64,000 nucleotides of DNA, taken from contig NC_087251.1 of the NCBI RefSeq assembly GCF_037042905.1, forward strand, positions 29,142,001-29,206,000, written 5' to 3'. How positions within the stretch are numbered: the stretch's first letter is position 1; each line of letters begins with the position of its first letter. This DNA is from Lytechinus pictus. Taxonomy: Eukaryota. Below are positions 61,898 through 64,000 of this stretch, piece after piece. The notes under the pieces were generated by a model that saw only the letters and a program-made list of their open reading frames with translations, had not been told where the DNA came from and made no database searches. Both the position numbers and the translations under genes were made by a program.

Positions 61898-63622
61898 TAA
61901 TGGTAACTTTTCAGGCCAATGGACATTTATCACTACCATATTAACAAAGCCAAGAAAAGTTTCAATGGTAGTACCCATTGATAGAAACAATGAAAATGTA
62001 TACAGTGAATAAATTGCAAAAGACCCAAAGAATATCAGATTTTAGCATTTTTTGCATTTGTATTTGGTCCCATTTCCTTTGTAGTTTGATGAAAATAAAA
62101 GATTTTAGTAATGTTTCCTTTAACTTAACAAGAAATAATCAATGGCTTAAAGGTGTACTTAAACAGATAATCTGACTTCCATAAATAGTTGTTGATTAAT
62201 GACTGGCTGTTAGTACATAAAAATAGCATATAAACTTGATAGTAATCAGAAAAACAATTCTCATGTCTTTATCAAAGACTGATTTTCTTTTCTTATGATG
62301 CCATAATCTTTTCTGGCTAGACTCTGGGAGAAAAGACTAGTGGAGACCTAGGCCCGGATAAATTGTTTTACTTAACCATACAAAGATTTATGACTTACAG
62401 GACCAGGTTCACAGCCCAGAATTAATTTCAAACTTAAATATTTCATGGGAAAGGGGTTCTGCATGTAAACAATCATTTTTATTTTTTATTCATTATTATT
62501 ATTTTCCTTTAATCTTACTTCATTTTTTCATCTTATTTCCTTGTTTAATTTTCTTTATTTTTTCATTTTATTTATTCATTTATTTTTTATTTATTTATTT
62601 TATTATTATATATATATTTTTTTTTTGAGGGGGGGATATGCTGTGCGGCGAAACAGAGCAATGTGCATGTTTAGATGCAAAGCTCTGCCGCACTTGTGTC
62701 TACAGTGAGGAAAGGCCAAACCAAGCTTTTCTTTTGCTGCGGCCGACACTTGCCTTCAGAGGTGGGCCAAATCATCAGCAATTTTTTGTTTTGATTACAT
62801 AAATTGAATTTGGCAGAAGCTTTTTCCCTCTGTAAACAGGGTCCCAGTCTTCAACCACTCCCAAACTAGTCTCCAGAGCACTACCTTCACCGGTGAAGAC
62901 TTAATTTTCTGTCAATTTAGTAAAACATCTTCCTGATCATCCTGGTATGAAAAAGTCCGCCAGAAAGAGAATTCCTTTGAGTTCATCCAACCAATTTTTT
63001 TTCCCATTTCACCTGCTTATTTTCAACAAGTCGTGGTAACTTGAGGGCATTGCATCCTCCCACGACACACTGAATTAGATGAATCATTTCAGGATGGTCC
63101 GGCTATCAGAGTTCATGTACAATAGTTTATGGTTACACCCTGAAGTACTCTTTGATTGTTACGGGTTAAGCATGAAAAATATAATTTACTCTGAGAAACG
63201 TGAAATTCACAATTCATGCACGATACAGGTCCCCATAAATATGCATAATTTGATGAATTTTCAGCAGAATTTTGTTTAGAAATACTTTCTATTGACAAAC
63301 AGACATGCCATGAAATTTAAATGAGTACAAATGACAGCATATTTGACATCTTAAATCCACACACAGATCATTCTGTTAGTCATACTGATATTGATTGCAT
63401 ATTGAATGTGTGTGTGTGTGCCTGGACCATCACGAGCCTCATGCATTCAAGGAAACTCCAAACCACCTTTCACTTCATCATGCATTACAGAATTAATGCA
63501 CACTGCTGGAAGAGAGGTATCAACAAACAAACACATCTGACATTTTCTTTCTAATTAAGATCTTTCAATGCATTGTAGGATATTTTAGTAGTTGAGGAAA
63601 ATATAAATGTTCCTACAAACTT

Positions 63623-63773
63623 ATACCTCAGTCACATTTGCTCTATGGCGGCCGTAAGGCAAGTCGAAAACAGCCGTTTTAACAACTACATATAGGTGGT
63701 TTGAATAAACATGAATAAAAATGAATAAAGCAGCTGTTTTCGACTCGCCATAGAGCAAATGTGACTGAGGTAT
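63623..63773. mobile_element. Hairpin MITE
   Basis: ATACCTCAGTCACATTTGCTCTATGGCG / CGCCATAGAGCAAATGTGACTGAGGTAT form a perfect 28-bp inverted repeat. Confidence 0.85.
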
Positions 63774-64000
63774 TATTCTGAGTGAAAGATATTTAGCAAT
63801 ACCCTTGGACGTCCAAACTGGTCTTTTATCAGACTCACACTCCTCACATAATACAAGATTCTTATTACAGGTACAACATATTACATACAGGAATCATGAT
63901 ACATGTTTCTGCGGTCCCTATTTGACTACTGTGGTCTACATGTATATTAGTATATATTCTAATCTTAATAATTCTACCAGCTCCAACTATCGTACATGAC

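Noticed and set aside
57655..64000. Upstream alpha-actinin exon (xSAKEGLLLWCQRKT...) or a duplicate CH2 exon
   Set aside because: Not found. The WECQRNT hit at ~58910 lacks the surrounding motif, so the exon is presumably beyond the window.

Overview
Eukaryotic genomic DNA from an animal; the repeat families and gene structure suggest an echinoderm or other marine deuterostome (inference). (1) 1-16361 is a homogeneous tandem satellite of ~179-bp monomers (~92 copies). It has higher-order periods of 4630 and 4451 bp, then a 1609-bp 9-mer, and it ends abruptly in a short kinase-like C-terminal fragment. (2) ~16.4-30.8 kb is TE-rich. It holds a ~6.7-kb DIRS1-type tyrosine-recombinase retrotransposon (minus strand, 19885-26617) with intact ITRs, internal complementary region and circle junction but decayed ORFs, plus SINEs, LINE scraps and MITEs. 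(3) ~30.9-57.7 kb holds the 3' 17 coding exons of an alpha-actinin gene on the minus strand. They are GT-AG, phase-consistent and total 2152 nt; the 5' exons lie beyond the window. The most notable items are the apparently non-autonomous DIRS, a ~475-nt AG-free zone with a distant branch point before the alpha-actinin CH2 exon, the sharp satellite/kinase-fragment junction, and the layered HOR history. I see no convincing wholly new biological system.
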